This document shows, one piece after another, positions 9,393-19,753 of a DNA stretch of 64,000 nt. Below the pieces are notes generated by a model that was not told the origin of the DNA, did not search any database, and saw only the letters and a list, made by a program, of their open reading frames with translations. Every line of letters begins with the position of its first letter. Position 1 is the stretch's first letter. The stretch lies in IMG/VR virus record IMGVR_UViG_3300001533_000699, one strand, 5' to 3'. A program made the translations under genes and the position numbers. Origin of the DNA: a virus.

Positions 9393-10510
9393 GTAAGATG
9401 ATTGTAAAAATCAAGCATATAGACGCAATCACGCCACATAATAACGCCGACGCCTTAGAAATCGCACATCTAGGTGCGTGGACCACATGCGTTAAGAAGG
9501 GTGTGTTTAATGTTGGTGATTTAGTTGTGTTTCTACCCCCCGACGCTATTCTACCGAAGTCTTTGCATCAATTTCTTGGTATCACTAAGTATTGTAGTGA
9601 AATGCCAAAGTATAGTGAAGATTATAAGCAGGGAAGGTGTCGTGTTAGAGCTGCTAGGTTGAGGGGTGAGAGGTCATTTGGTACTTTAATGACGAAGAAT
9701 GACCTATTAAAGTATGTTATGACTTACACCCCAGAAAAGTGTACTAGTTATGGTTTTATGGTCGATGATGACGTTGCTGATTTGCTTGGCATTACAAAAT
9801 ATACACCGCCAGAAAAGATTAAGAGTGGAGATGCTGCGCCAGAGAATGCATTGTTTCATCAATATACTGACATAGAACGCTATCAGAATTATCCGAAAGC
9901 AATTGATGAGGGTGAGCATGTTGTTATGCTTGAGAAGGTTCACGGCACCAACTCTCGTATTGGGTTAGTGATGTCTAATGATGATTTGGTGTGGATGTGC
10001 GGTAGTCATCGTTCTAACCGCAAACAGTTTGATGCTACTGGCGACTTATCATTGTACTGGAAACCTTTGACTTGCAATGTCGTAGATATGTTAACCGAGA
10101 TACAAAACGATACTAAAGCCGTGTCGGTTGTTTTGTTCGGAGAGATTTACGGCAGAGGCATTCAGGATATGCAATATGATGGCAATATTTCATTTGCCGC
10201 ATTTGATATCTCTGTTAATGGACAGTATCTTGATTGGCCTGCTGTGGTGAAAATGTGCGATAAACATTCCGTATCTATGGTTCCAGTTGTTTATGAAGGT
10301 CCGTTTAGTGAAGCAATACTAATGGAGCACACTGATGGACCAACTATCGTATGTGAGCAGCCGATATCCAAATTCAAAGGTAGAGAAGGGGTGGTTGTAA
10401 AACCGATAGTAGAACGACAATCTCAGTATTTGCCGAATCATGGCAGGGTGATACTTAAGAGTGTTAGTGTGGACTACCTAAACAGACGCGGTGGAACAGA
10501 TAACGCATGA
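9389..10510 (+). CDS. RNA ligase, DRB0094/Rnl5-like family with N-terminal OB-type domain
   Basis: H.NADALE N-terminal domain, EKVHGTN (motif I), FGEIYG, AAFDI, REGVVVK, ILKSVS. Confidence 0.88.
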   Translation: MSKMIVKIKHIDAITPHNNADALEIAHLGAWTTCVKKGVFNVGDLVVFLPPDAILPKSLHQFLGITKYCSEMPKYSEDYKQGRCRVRAARLRGERSFGTLMTKNDLLKYVMTYTPEKCTSYGFMVDDDVADLLGITKYTPPEKIKSGDAAPENALFHQYTDIERYQNYPKAIDEGEHVVMLEKVHGTNSRIGLVMSNDDLVWMCGSHRSNRKQFDATGDLSLYWKPLTCNVVDMLTEIQNDTKAVSVVLFGEIYGRGIQDMQYDGNISFAAFDISVNGQYLDWPAVVKMCDKHSVSMVPVVYEGPFSEAILMEHTDGPTIVCEQPISKFKGREGVVVKPIVERQSQYLPNHGRVILKSVSVDYLNRRGGTDNA

Positions 10511-10878
10511 GCAAACTGTATAATCGTCAAGTATGTTGGCCTATGTTTGTCCAGCGATTAGTATTAGACGCGATTAACAGAGCAGACTGTCATCAGTGTC
10601 AGTATAGTTTTCATGCCAAACTAGCTGCTAATAACGATAAATATGGTGCGTTCACTTTACCATTGTCTATTCATATTGAAGCACATAATGTTGTAGAAGC
10701 AGATATAACACAAGATGTATTAGTAAAACTAGTGGTAAGATTACCTTTAGACGAACATAGAAACATATGTTTAGTATTAGTGCCAAAACATTATGGTTTC
10801 TTTGTGAAAACTGTTTGGATAAATTTGGTAACAGACCAACGTCAAACATTACAGAGACATCGTTACTGTGTACAGTAA
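10507..10878 (+). CDS. hypothetical protein
   Basis: Coupled ORF; FVKTVWIN motif. Confidence 0.55.
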   Translation: MSKLYNRQVCWPMFVQRLVLDAINRADCHQCQYSFHAKLAANNDKYGAFTLPLSIHIEAHNVVEADITQDVLVKLVVRLPLDEHRNICLVLVPKHYGFFVKTVWINLVTDQRQTLQRHRYCVQ

Positions 10879-10889
10879 CTATTTTATCA

Positions 10890-12002
10890 ATGACTACATT
10901 CCAGAAAATGGTTGATAACATGACATACCAAATCTCCCAAGAAGGTCCGTTAAAGAGACTGGTGTCTGAGTCGTATAACTATACGTTTAATCTTGATAAT
11001 GGACATTTCATGAGATGGGGTGCTGAAATAGAAGATGACCCAGAATGGTCACCTTTCGGACCTGAGATTCTTGACCTTGAAATATCCACTGGTGAATGTT
11101 TGGGTAGGTGTCCGTTTTGCTACAAGGAAAATGGTGTGCCACGTTCGCCAACTAAACACATGACACTAGAAACCTTCAAAGGTATTCTTGATAGGATGCC
11201 ACCAACGCTAACGCAAATCGCTCTAGGTTTAACAGACGTTAGGGGAAACCCTGACCTATTCAACATGATTCGTGAAGCCGATAGGCGAGGAATCAAGTGT
11301 AACTACACTACTCATGGTTTGGATATGGACGATGATGCCGCCAATCTCACAGCAGAGCTATGTGGTGCTGTTGCTGTATCTATCGTCAATAAAGACAAGT
11401 CATACGATACTGTACAGAAGTTGACTGACCTTGGTATGACTCAGGTCAATATTCACTTTATGTTGTCTAGTGAAAGAATCGATAAAGCCATGGAGTTGGT
11501 GCGAGAAATTAAAACCGACCCCAGACTTGCCAAGCTAAATGCGGTTGTTTTCCTGCAATATAAACCAAAGGGTGGCAATACTGATAAATTCACAACGCCG
11601 TCGTTTGAAGATTTTTCTACCCTCATACGATACTGTGATAACGCTGGTGTCAGCTATGGTTTTGATAGCTGTACTGCACCGATGTACATGAAAGTTATTA
11701 AGGGGCAACCTAACGAAGAACTCTTAGAACAGTATGTAGAGCCATGCGAGAGCGGTTTATTCTCTGCCTATATCAATGTTGATGGTGAGTTCTTTGCTTG
11801 TAGTTTTTGTGAGAACGAACATGGGTGGAAAACAGGCATGAACGTATTTGATTATGATAATTTTGAAGATTTGTGGCGTTCACCTAGATTAGATAAGTGG
11901 CGCAAGACGTTGTTAGATAATGAACGTGCATGTCCAATGTATTCGCTTGGTGACGGTCAAAGCCAACCACTATATCAAATTAAGGAACTTAATAATGCTT
12001 GA
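10890..12002 (+). CDS. radical SAM protein with C-terminal SPASM/Twitch-like domain (start between 10890 and 10920)
   Basis: CLGRCPFCY motif; CESG...YINVDG.F.ACSF and RACP C-terminal cysteines. Confidence 0.88.
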   Translation: MTTFQKMVDNMTYQISQEGPLKRLVSESYNYTFNLDNGHFMRWGAEIEDDPEWSPFGPEILDLEISTGECLGRCPFCYKENGVPRSPTKHMTLETFKGILDRMPPTLTQIALGLTDVRGNPDLFNMIREADRRGIKCNYTTHGLDMDDDAANLTAELCGAVAVSIVNKDKSYDTVQKLTDLGMTQVNIHFMLSSERIDKAMELVREIKTDPRLAKLNAVVFLQYKPKGGNTDKFTTPSFEDFSTLIRYCDNAGVSYGFDSCTAPMYMKVIKGQPNEELLEQYVEPCESGLFSAYINVDGEFFACSFCENEHGWKTGMNVFDYDNFEDLWRSPRLDKWRKTLLDNERACPMYSLGDGQSQPLYQIKELNNA

Positions 12003-12273
12003 AACAAAAACAAACAAATATTATGTTGAGTCCGGTGACCTACGTGTTATTATAGAGGCAGAATGTCCTCTATGGGCTGCTGTACGTGCTCTACATTATA
12101 ATCAACAACGTAAACCCGGTATTTTACATGTGGGTGATTATTGTTTCGTAGATGAACGTGGATTTCGTAAGGGTAGCTTTGCTTCGCATCATATCAAAAC
12201 AATGCAAGCATACGATATTCTGGCAGAAGATATAGTACCATTTATTACTAAGGAAGATAAAGATGAAAATTAG
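11995..12273 (+). CDS. hypothetical protein
   Basis: KYYVESGDL motif; ATG at 11995 with AAGGA RBS. Confidence 0.55.
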   Translation: MLETKTNKYYVESGDLRVIIEAECPLWAAVRALHYNQQRKPGILHVGDYCFVDERGFRKGSFASHHIKTMQAYDILAEDIVPFITKEDKDEN

Positions 12274-12739
12274 AAAAGGTTTTGTTAGTAACAGTTCAAG
12301 TTCCAGTTTTGTATGTGATATTTCAGGCAGAACGGAGTCAGGATATGATATAGGTCTAAAAGAGGTAGAAATGATTGTGTGTAACAATGGACATTGTATG
12401 AGTGAAGAATATGTCTTGGAATATATCGCAGCCTTAGAGCGTAAATATGGTATGGAACATATACGCCAACTATTGCGTAATGCAGACTATGATATTGATG
12501 TAGAGTCTATTATCAGTCCTAGCAAAGTGATTGATTTTATCAACGAATTAGATGATGGTAGATATGAGCTGGAGTCGTGTTTTTGCCCAATGTGTAATCT
12601 AATATACATTGAAAACCACGATATACTTAATTATATTTTGTGGAATTCTGGTACTACACGACAAGAAGTTGTGCAACAAATGCAAGAACGATTTGTGACA
12701 CACGAAGTTTTTCGTGAAGCCGTTCAATCAGACTCATGA
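12263..12739 (+). CDS. MKIRxGFVSNSSSSSF-motif protein (paralog 2), Cys-containing
   Basis: Shared N-terminal motif; C.NGH and CPMC. Confidence 0.75.
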   Translation: MKIRKGFVSNSSSSSFVCDISGRTESGYDIGLKEVEMIVCNNGHCMSEEYVLEYIAALERKYGMEHIRQLLRNADYDIDVESIISPSKVIDFINELDDGRYELESCFCPMCNLIYIENHDILNYILWNSGTTRQEVVQQMQERFVTHEVFREAVQSDS

Positions 12740-12765
12740 GCTAAAGGATAATATAAACGAAGTTG

Positions 12766-12856
12766 GGCTAAGTGTGACGTAATGCGGGAACGGTTTATCG
12801 CACCCTTGGTATAGCCATGGTTGTCCTTGATGCTGGTTCGAGTCCAGCCTTAGCCT
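12766..12856 (+). ncRNA. atypical tRNA-like element (no assignable anticodon)
   Basis: Acceptor GGCTAAG/CTTAGCC and T arm GCTGG-TTCGAGT-CCAGC; D and anticodon region non-canonical. Confidence 0.55.
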
Positions 12857-12896
12857 ATGTTTTTTACTTTTAACAATTAGATGAAAAGAGTGTGTT

Positions 12897-13223
12897 ATGA
12901 AACCAGGTGATATTGTAGAAGTGTTCGATGGCTCGTGGACTATGGCGTTGGTTGATGGTAAATTGAGAGAGACGGGTAGTCTTTCAGGCCAAAAGTTTCG
13001 CGTAGTACATATCGGAGGTGAGTATCCAACCTCAACATCATCCCAAATGATTCACCAATCGAAAGAATGTTGTGATATAATGTTGGCTTCTTTACGCGAC
13101 CCAACATTTGTAGTATTTGCTATGTCGTATTTATGTTGCCCTACTATTGAACGCCAACCAGATGCTGAATACATAGTAGATGTTCCGAAGCGTGCAAAGC
13201 GAGTGGTTTTGAATTTTACTTGA
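12897..13223 (+). CDS. hypothetical protein
   Basis: MKPGDIV start (SH3/KOW-like). Confidence 0.55.
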   Translation: MKPGDIVEVFDGSWTMALVDGKLRETGSLSGQKFRVVHIGGEYPTSTSSQMIHQSKECCDIMLASLRDPTFVVFAMSYLCCPTIERQPDAEYIVDVPKRAKRVVLNFT

Positions 13224-13280
13224 CTTTTCAACATTCTGCTGCTTACAGAGACCGCGAAATTATTTCCTCGCCACCCTCTC

Positions 13281-13308
13281 TTGACTTTTGAAAAATGTAT
13301 GCTACAAT
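13281..13308 (+). promoter_or_regulatory. sigma70-type promoter TTGACT-N16-TACAAT
   Basis: Upstream of rIIA. Confidence 0.6.
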
Positions 13309-13333
13309 ACACGAGTAACACAAATCCAAACCT

Positions 13334-15490
13334 TTGTTGGAGAGCACAATGAGTATGATTGCTAACCCTCAATTTGTACAACGTGACGGCGGCGACTTTC
13401 AGCGTAAACAGTTCCAAATTGCTGCTTCTCAAGAAGCGTTTCGTATTCTTAGCGATGGGCTTTACAGCCGTAAAATCGACGCCGTGATTCGTGAGCTAAG
13501 CACTAATGCACTCGACAGCCATATTGTGTGTGGTAAGGAAGAACCATTTGAAGTGCATCTGCCGTCTATGTCAGAACCTTGGTTCTCGGTTAAAGACTAT
13601 GGAACCGGATTGTCTCATGAAGATGTGATGGAGCTTTACTCCACATACTTTGGTACGAATAAGGCAGAAGATATTAGTACGACAGGGTGTTTGGGGTTGG
13701 GTTCAAAGTCACCACTCGCCAAAGTACGGTCATTCTCTGTTATGTCTCTTCACGGTGGTGTAGAACGTCATTATATTGTTGCTCTGAACGAAGACCGCAT
13801 TCCAGAAGTCAATTACTTGCCAGAACAAGATAGTGCTACCACTGTCACTGGCATGGAAATCAAATTGGCTGTTTCTGCTTCTGATATATACGAATATATC
13901 AATCGTGCCTCGGCAATCTACAGATATTTTCCAGAGCATTGTCGTCCTCGCGTTCTCAATTGTGCTAACTATAGTATTAGTACATCTAAGGCTATGATTG
14001 AGGGTAATGGATGGCGTATCTATAAAGAATCTGGAAACCCAATCGCTATTCAGGGAAATGTTGCGTATCCGATTGTTGCATCACACATTAAAGGCATCGA
14101 GACACGGCATGAACATATATTGTCATGCAATATCGAAATTGATTTTCCGAATGGAAGTCTGTCATTTACGCCTTCTCGCGAACACCTGTCTTATAACAAG
14201 ATGACTACTGATGCATTGCTACAACGATTGGATGAAATAGTAGAGGAAGTGAATGAAAGGATTGCTAAACGATTTGAGAATTGTCGTAGTCTGTGGGAAG
14301 CAAGAACCTTGGCGTCTAGTATGTTTTGGTCCGACGGTGCTTATTTGAGGAAGCTTCGTAAACTAGCAGACACGAGCAATCTGGTTTGGCAAGGTAAGAA
14401 AATCGCCGGGCAACGACTATCATTTGATGACATTGATGGTGTGCATGGACACTCGTTTGAAATTGCAAAACGTAGGAAATCCTATTGGTCAAATACGTAT
14501 TCTATTCGCGTAGTAAGAAGAGAGCGTAAGGAATATGTTCCTAAGACGAATGCGTTGTGGATAGAAAGCGATATTCCACGAGGCGTTTATTCTAGGTGTG
14601 ACACTTATATCAGAGACAATGAAGATACCACTATATATTTGGTGTCGTTCGATGACGCTAGTGCTAAGCAGGCGTTTTGTGATAAAATGGGGTTGTTGGG
14701 TGATGAATTTATTCAAGTATCAACATTACCAAAGCCGGTAAGCAATTATGTCAAAGGCAATAGAATTCATCGCTCTACTTCTCTTGTATATCGGCATAAA
14801 CACATAAGCAATGCTGAACGCCTGCATAAATACTGGGAACCAACTGAAGTAGATTTGGATTCTGAAAACGGTGGCGTATATGTTGAAATGAAACACAATA
14901 AAGTAGTAGACGCATCCAGTAAATGCATAGACCCGTCTATTATCACAACTGTAGTTAATTTAGTGGAAAACGCTACCGAGGAACACATTGATGTTATTGG
15001 TGTACGACCACAAGTAGCTAAGAAGTTTCATAAATCTGATGATTGGGTTGACCTGTGGACATATGTGAAAAACTTAATCCGTATACATATCAACAAACAC
15101 AACCTTGCTAATAATGTGGTGAACACTGAAGCACTACTAGGTATGAAAGACTACAAGCTGTGGGAAAGTATCACAGCATTGCAAAATGTTAACTCCAGTA
15201 AGCGTTTCCATGATTTTGTTGGCGTCATGACAAAAATGACCCAATATTATACCGCATGTAATGGATATAAGGCTTGGCGTGAATTGTGTACTCTTTTATC
15301 GGTAAGCTTGGATGCTAAGCCAAAGCATGACTTAGATAGACTAGTTATTGGTATGTGTAGTGAATTCCCTATGATTAGTGTATTGATATGTGCGAAGCGT
15401 CGAATGTATGATGATAACAGATTTACGCCCGAAGAGCTAGAGGCAATTCGCCATTATCTTGGGTTGACTTCTGTAAAAACCGTGCTATAA
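13334..15490 (+). CDS. rIIA: rIIA-like protein (GHKL ATPase N-terminus)
   Basis: LS..LYS....VIRELSTNALDSH, DYGTGLS, GLGSKSP, TPSRE.LSY; followed by rIIB. Confidence 0.88.
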   Translation: MLESTMSMIANPQFVQRDGGDFQRKQFQIAASQEAFRILSDGLYSRKIDAVIRELSTNALDSHIVCGKEEPFEVHLPSMSEPWFSVKDYGTGLSHEDVMELYSTYFGTNKAEDISTTGCLGLGSKSPLAKVRSFSVMSLHGGVERHYIVALNEDRIPEVNYLPEQDSATTVTGMEIKLAVSASDIYEYINRASAIYRYFPEHCRPRVLNCANYSISTSKAMIEGNGWRIYKESGNPIAIQGNVAYPIVASHIKGIETRHEHILSCNIEIDFPNGSLSFTPSREHLSYNKMTTDALLQRLDEIVEEVNERIAKRFENCRSLWEARTLASSMFWSDGAYLRKLRKLADTSNLVWQGKKIAGQRLSFDDIDGVHGHSFEIAKRRKSYWSNTYSIRVVRRERKEYVPKTNALWIESDIPRGVYSRCDTYIRDNEDTTIYLVSFDDASAKQAFCDKMGLLGDEFIQVSTLPKPVSNYVKGNRIHRSTSLVYRHKHISNAERLHKYWEPTEVDLDSENGGVYVEMKHNKVVDASSKCIDPSIITTVVNLVENATEEHIDVIGVRPQVAKKFHKSDDWVDLWTYVKNLIRIHINKHNLANNVVNTEALLGMKDYKLWESITALQNVNSSKRFHDFVGVMTKMTQYYTACNGYKAWRELCTLLSVSLDAKPKHDLDRLVIGMCSEFPMISVLICAKRRMYDDNRFTPEELEAIRHYLGLTSVKTVL

Positions 15491-15540
15491 TACTAATAAC
15501 TTTCCACTTTCGTCTTTTTTCTTTTAAGGAGAATGAAACA

Positions 15541-16449
15541 ATGTCTATGGTTCACAGTCTAATTTCTGGCGATGGTACAATCTGTTTGGTAGTCGATGGT
15601 CGTCACCATACAGTAACAGCTACGCATCCAGCGTATCGTGAAATTCGAAGATTGATTACAACCCGACCACTCAACGAACAAGCATTATTGGACCTAATTG
15701 ATATTCCACAGTCAATTAACCATATTATGCAGGGAAGGGTGCGTGTCGATTTGGAGGCCGGTAAGGTTTGGTATAACGACACTGAATTTCATGACGAAGC
15801 GTTCTGTGGCCGTATCCTGCGGCTTATGGGGGAGGGGCAAGATGTTCAATATATGCTCAACTTCTTGAATAACCTTGGGCAAAACCCTGAATTTCGTGCT
15901 ATTATGGAAACCTTCAAGTTCATCTGTAATGAAGGCATGCCAATCACTCCAGATGGTTGTTTTCTTGGATATAAAGGTGTGCGCGAAGACTATTATGATG
16001 AATGGTCTGGGCAGATTGATAACACCCCCGATGGTCGTCGCGTTGATATACCAAGAGAAAATGTTTGTAATAACCCAAGTAATGGTTGTGCATCAGGACT
16101 ACACGTTGGTTCTTATAATTATGCTAAGGGTTGGGGCCATACTGTGGTATTGGTAAAGGTGAATCCGAAGGATGTCGTTAGCGTACCAAATCACGAATGT
16201 GAGAAGATGCGTGTATGCGGCTATTGGGTTATCAAGGAGTTTGGTCCTGGTAATTCTTCTCAACCTGCATTGCGGGGTGAAGTCTACGACTCGACCGGTA
16301 AACGGGTGCCTGGAAGTTTGTTTTCTGAACTTGGCCAGTTTGATAATGATGTCAACTCGCATTGGGATGAAGAAGAAGGTCGTACCTATAGTGAGTCATT
16401 GATTGATGATATGGATGACGACGATGATTGGGATTATGAAGACGACTAG
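15541..16449 (+). CDS. rIIB: rIIB-like protein
   Basis: NP......F.F, PITPDGCFLGYK.V, C.SGLHVG...YA, KVNPKDVVSVP, KMRVC.Y. Confidence 0.88.
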   Translation: MSMVHSLISGDGTICLVVDGRHHTVTATHPAYREIRRLITTRPLNEQALLDLIDIPQSINHIMQGRVRVDLEAGKVWYNDTEFHDEAFCGRILRLMGEGQDVQYMLNFLNNLGQNPEFRAIMETFKFICNEGMPITPDGCFLGYKGVREDYYDEWSGQIDNTPDGRRVDIPRENVCNNPSNGCASGLHVGSYNYAKGWGHTVVLVKVNPKDVVSVPNHECEKMRVCGYWVIKEFGPGNSSQPALRGEVYDSTGKRVPGSLFSELGQFDNDVNSHWDEEEGRTYSESLIDDMDDDDDWDYEDD

Positions 16450-16469
16450 TGTTAGTGGTTAGTTCTTAT

Positions 16470-16510
16470 GCCCCGACCACATCAACCGGTATGTGGTTGG
16501 GGCTATGTTT
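16470..16510 (+). terminator. intrinsic terminator after rIIB
   Basis: GCCCCGACCACAT / ATGTGGTTGGGGC hairpin followed by TATGTTTT. Confidence 0.65.
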
Positions 16511-16538
16511 TATATAGAATAACTCAATAGGTGTTGTT

Positions 16539-17066
16539 ATGCCTCGTGGCTCAAAACTGTGTACATATTGTAATTTTGCTAACGGGCCAAGAAGTTGGGC
16601 GTGCTCTAATTGTGGCAAGGGGTTCGTTGTTAAGGGAGAGCGTAAGCCTGATATCAGTGTTACTGCCCAACAGGCTCAGTCTGATACGCCCGCAGAACAG
16701 ACTAAACAGCGTCTTTGGAGCTTGGTGGAGCGATACAATGGTTTGGATGACCAGCAGCTAAGGACTAAGTACGATATAGTTGGCCGAACTTGGCAATCTC
16801 TGTGTGGTTGCTACCGTATTCGTGAGAATAAGACATTTATGGGCGTGGATATGTCTAGTCATTATTCTAGATGTGTGTACCTACTAAAATTCTCAGAAGG
16901 CAGATGGGATATTGTAAGACCAAAAGGGAGATTCAAAACACCAATAGCGGCAATTAAAAGAATGATTATAGACAAAGACGGGGGTAAGCCTAAGGCGACT
17001 ACTCAACAAGAAAAGACAGAGCTACAGATAGCACAAAGGCTTAACAGAAAAACGAGTTACTCATGA
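16539..17066 (+). CDS. zinc-ribbon hypothetical protein
   Basis: N-terminal CxxC...CxxC. Confidence 0.6.
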   Translation: MPRGSKLCTYCNFANGPRSWACSNCGKGFVVKGERKPDISVTAQQAQSDTPAEQTKQRLWSLVERYNGLDDQQLRTKYDIVGRTWQSLCGCYRIRENKTFMGVDMSSHYSRCVYLLKFSEGRWDIVRPKGRFKTPIAAIKRMIIDKDGGKPKATTQQEKTELQIAQRLNRKTSYS

Positions 17067-17455
17067 CCAATAAACTAAAACCAAAACGGATAGAGGTAGA
17101 TTGTGTGTACGTATGCCCAGAATGCGGGTGCGAAACGTGGTATACTGTCCTTGAGTTGAAATACCGCAAGACATTAGAGTGTATTTGTGGTGTTAATACG
17201 CTTTTAGTCCCTGTACGTAATATTAACGTACAATACATTGGTGATGATGACGAAAAATTAAACAAGTCTGGCGAACATGAAGGGCCAGTAATACCGGTCA
17301 ATGATTTTGTATCTGCGCTTTCTAGACTAGGATGCCAAAAAACAGACGCTAAAAAACTAATAAAACAACTACAACCTAAATACAATGGTAATGACGGTGA
17401 TTTTATGAAACTTTTATTGCAGCATAGGTTGACAAATGCCACTATTGATGTATAA
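17063..17455 (+). CDS. zinc-finger protein with RuvA C-terminal-like helical domain
   Basis: CPECG, C.CG; VSALSRLG....A.K pattern. Confidence 0.55.
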   Translation: MTNKLKPKRIEVDCVYVCPECGCETWYTVLELKYRKTLECICGVNTLLVPVRNINVQYIGDDDEKLNKSGEHEGPVIPVNDFVSALSRLGCQKTDAKKLIKQLQPKYNGNDGDFMKLLLQHRLTNATIDV

Positions 17456-17456
17456 T
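17429..17456 (+). promoter_or_regulatory. sigma70-type promoter TTGACA-N16-TATAAT for the Ro60 operon
   Basis: Perfect hexamers. Confidence 0.7.
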
Positions 17457-17492
17457 ATTTTGTCGTGAATAACGGATACAGGAACCAAAAAG

Positions 17493-19070
17493 ATGAATAA
17501 GAACATTTTTAACACTCAACTGAATAATGTACTGCCAGCAGACACTGTCAATGACGCTGGTGGTGTTGCGTACAATATGTCTAGTGCCGCCGCTTTAGCT
17601 CAATACGCAGTTACAGGTACATTTAATACAACTTATTATGTTAATGATAAACAACACCTACAACGTGTACAAAAACTAGCTCAAGAATGTAGTTCTGAGT
17701 TTTTGGCTAAGCTTGCTGTATATGCACGGCAAGAAGCTAAGATGAAGGATATGCCAGCGTATCTATTGGCTGTTCTTGCTGCCAGAAATGAACATAAACT
17801 ATTGCGTAAGATTTTCGATAGAGTATGCGACAATAGTAAAATGTTGTTTGGTTTTGTGAGTATTATTCGTTCTGGAGTAACCGGGCGACGTTCATTCGGT
17901 ACCGCTATCAAAAAAATGATTCAATCTTGGTTGACACAACAACATAATTGGTCACTATATCTCTCTAGTGTTGGTCATAGTAACCCATCTATGGCAGATG
18001 TAATCAAAATGGTGCACCCAAAGCCAACGAACGAGTATCAAGCGGCTATGTTTTCATATATACTAGGTAAAGAGTGTGATATTAGTAAACTTCCGTTAGC
18101 TGTTAGGCAACTAATCGTATGTAATGGCAACTTTGAAGGGGATATACCAGATGTGCCTTTTCGCGTATTGACAAACTATGATTTAAGCAAAGTGCATTGG
18201 CAACGAATAGCAACACGAATGCCTTGGAATACTTTACGACAATCATTAGTGTTGTTGGGTCGTCGCGGTGTATTTGACTCACAAGATACGGTAGAAAAAA
18301 TAGCACAGCGATTGTCTAATAAAAACGAAGTACTACAGAATAATGTATTTCCTTTTGAGTTGTTGGCAACCTGGAAAGCCACAAAGGATTGTATTCCAAT
18401 CGAAATCACAAATGCGCTATACGATGCCATGGATATTGCCACACACAAAGCGCCTCAATTCAATGGTAAGACTTTGGTCGCCATAGATACTTCGGGTTCT
18501 ATGCAGTGGGCATCATTGACCGGAGCGAGTAATAAGCCTTCTATCATAAGTGTTGTTGAAGCCGCTGCTCTTATTGCGTGTTCTATTTTGCGTAAGAATA
18601 AAACAACAAAACTTATTGGATTTGATTGTGCTCAAGTATTTAATTGTTATACATCAAACGGTATTTATGTTATGGATGATATCAGAGCACATGACAGCGT
18701 TTTTACGAATATGTCAAAGATGTATTTTAATGGTGGGGGAACAGATTGTTCGTTGCCATTCAAATACTTGCTTAGTGAAAATTTGAGAGTAGACAACATT
18801 ATAGTATTGTCAGATAATCAAAGTTGGTCTGGTACATATGGTCCTGGTTCAGCTTCATGTAATGCGTGGACACAATATAAGAAGAGTAACCCTAAGACAA
18901 GGCTTATGTGTGTAGACTTAACACCAAACCAAACAACCCAAGTACCTGACAATAAGGATGTCATAAATATTGGTGGCTGGAGTGACTCGATGTATGGTGT
19001 TATGAGCCAATTCTTCAACGAACATACAGTTGTTAACTTTGTGCAGACTATTAACAATACAGAAATATAA
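17493..19070 (+). CDS. rsr: Ro60 / TROVE-domain RNA-binding protein (Rsr-like) with vWA domain
   Basis: N.AGG.AY, LAQYA.TGTF..TYY, RSG..GRRS.G, D...M.HPKP, DTSGSM MIDAS, GGGTDCS.P, SDNQSW, IGGWSD. Confidence 0.92.
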   Translation: MNKNIFNTQLNNVLPADTVNDAGGVAYNMSSAAALAQYAVTGTFNTTYYVNDKQHLQRVQKLAQECSSEFLAKLAVYARQEAKMKDMPAYLLAVLAARNEHKLLRKIFDRVCDNSKMLFGFVSIIRSGVTGRRSFGTAIKKMIQSWLTQQHNWSLYLSSVGHSNPSMADVIKMVHPKPTNEYQAAMFSYILGKECDISKLPLAVRQLIVCNGNFEGDIPDVPFRVLTNYDLSKVHWQRIATRMPWNTLRQSLVLLGRRGVFDSQDTVEKIAQRLSNKNEVLQNNVFPFELLATWKATKDCIPIEITNALYDAMDIATHKAPQFNGKTLVAIDTSGSMQWASLTGASNKPSIISVVEAAALIACSILRKNKTTKLIGFDCAQVFNCYTSNGIYVMDDIRAHDSVFTNMSKMYFNGGGTDCSLPFKYLLSENLRVDNIIVLSDNQSWSGTYGPGSASCNAWTQYKKSNPKTRLMCVDLTPNQTTQVPDNKDVINIGGWSDSMYGVMSQFFNEHTVVNFVQTINNTEI

Positions 19071-19753
19071 TGAAAAACTACTATTCATTTGCTGGTATGC
19101 AACGTGTTGGTAATCATGCAATTGTCAATTGGTGGATGAAACACTTTAGTTCGTGGTCGGTACGCAATAATATACTTGGACTGCGCTATAATGACCCAGC
19201 AGCACAAACTACAGATATCGGTAGTGATAATGTAGTACAAATTGATACATGGGAAAATTATGACCCTAATGATATCATTGTGTGTAGATTGAGCGAGCCA
19301 ATCATTGTCATTATAAGAGACCCGTATAATTGGTGGGCATCGTGGTTTCAATACACAATACCAAATCAAAATATTCAAGCCATAGACAGAGACAAAACTA
19401 TCGATTGGTATATAAGATATGTTGAATATGCGCGCAACACAAAACGTTGGATATCTTTTAATAATTGGTTTGCTGACACAGACTATAGACGTAGTTTGGA
19501 GCGTCAATATGGTCTGCAAGAATCTGACGCTGGTTTACAAGAACTAATGCGTAGTAATAATGAATTTATTGGTAATGGCAGTACCTTTGATAGAACACGT
19601 TATCACAAAAACGCACAACATATGAAGGTACTCACTAGATACCAAAAATTTTTAGCAGATGATAAATATCTTACACCATTACGCCAACATCTAGAATTGG
19701 CAGATATAGCCAGAGAATTGTTTAATATGGAACCGCCGAAAGGAATATATTGA
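19070..19753 (+). CDS. sulfotransferase-like protein
   Basis: GMQRVGNHAI (5'-PSB-like) and IRDPYNW.AS (3'-PB-like). Confidence 0.6.
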   Translation: MKNYYSFAGMQRVGNHAIVNWWMKHFSSWSVRNNILGLRYNDPAAQTTDIGSDNVVQIDTWENYDPNDIIVCRLSEPIIVIIRDPYNWWASWFQYTIPNQNIQAIDRDKTIDWYIRYVEYARNTKRWISFNNWFADTDYRRSLERQYGLQESDAGLQELMRSNNEFIGNGSTFDRTRYHKNAQHMKVLTRYQKFLADDKYLTPLRQHLELADIARELFNMEPPKGIY

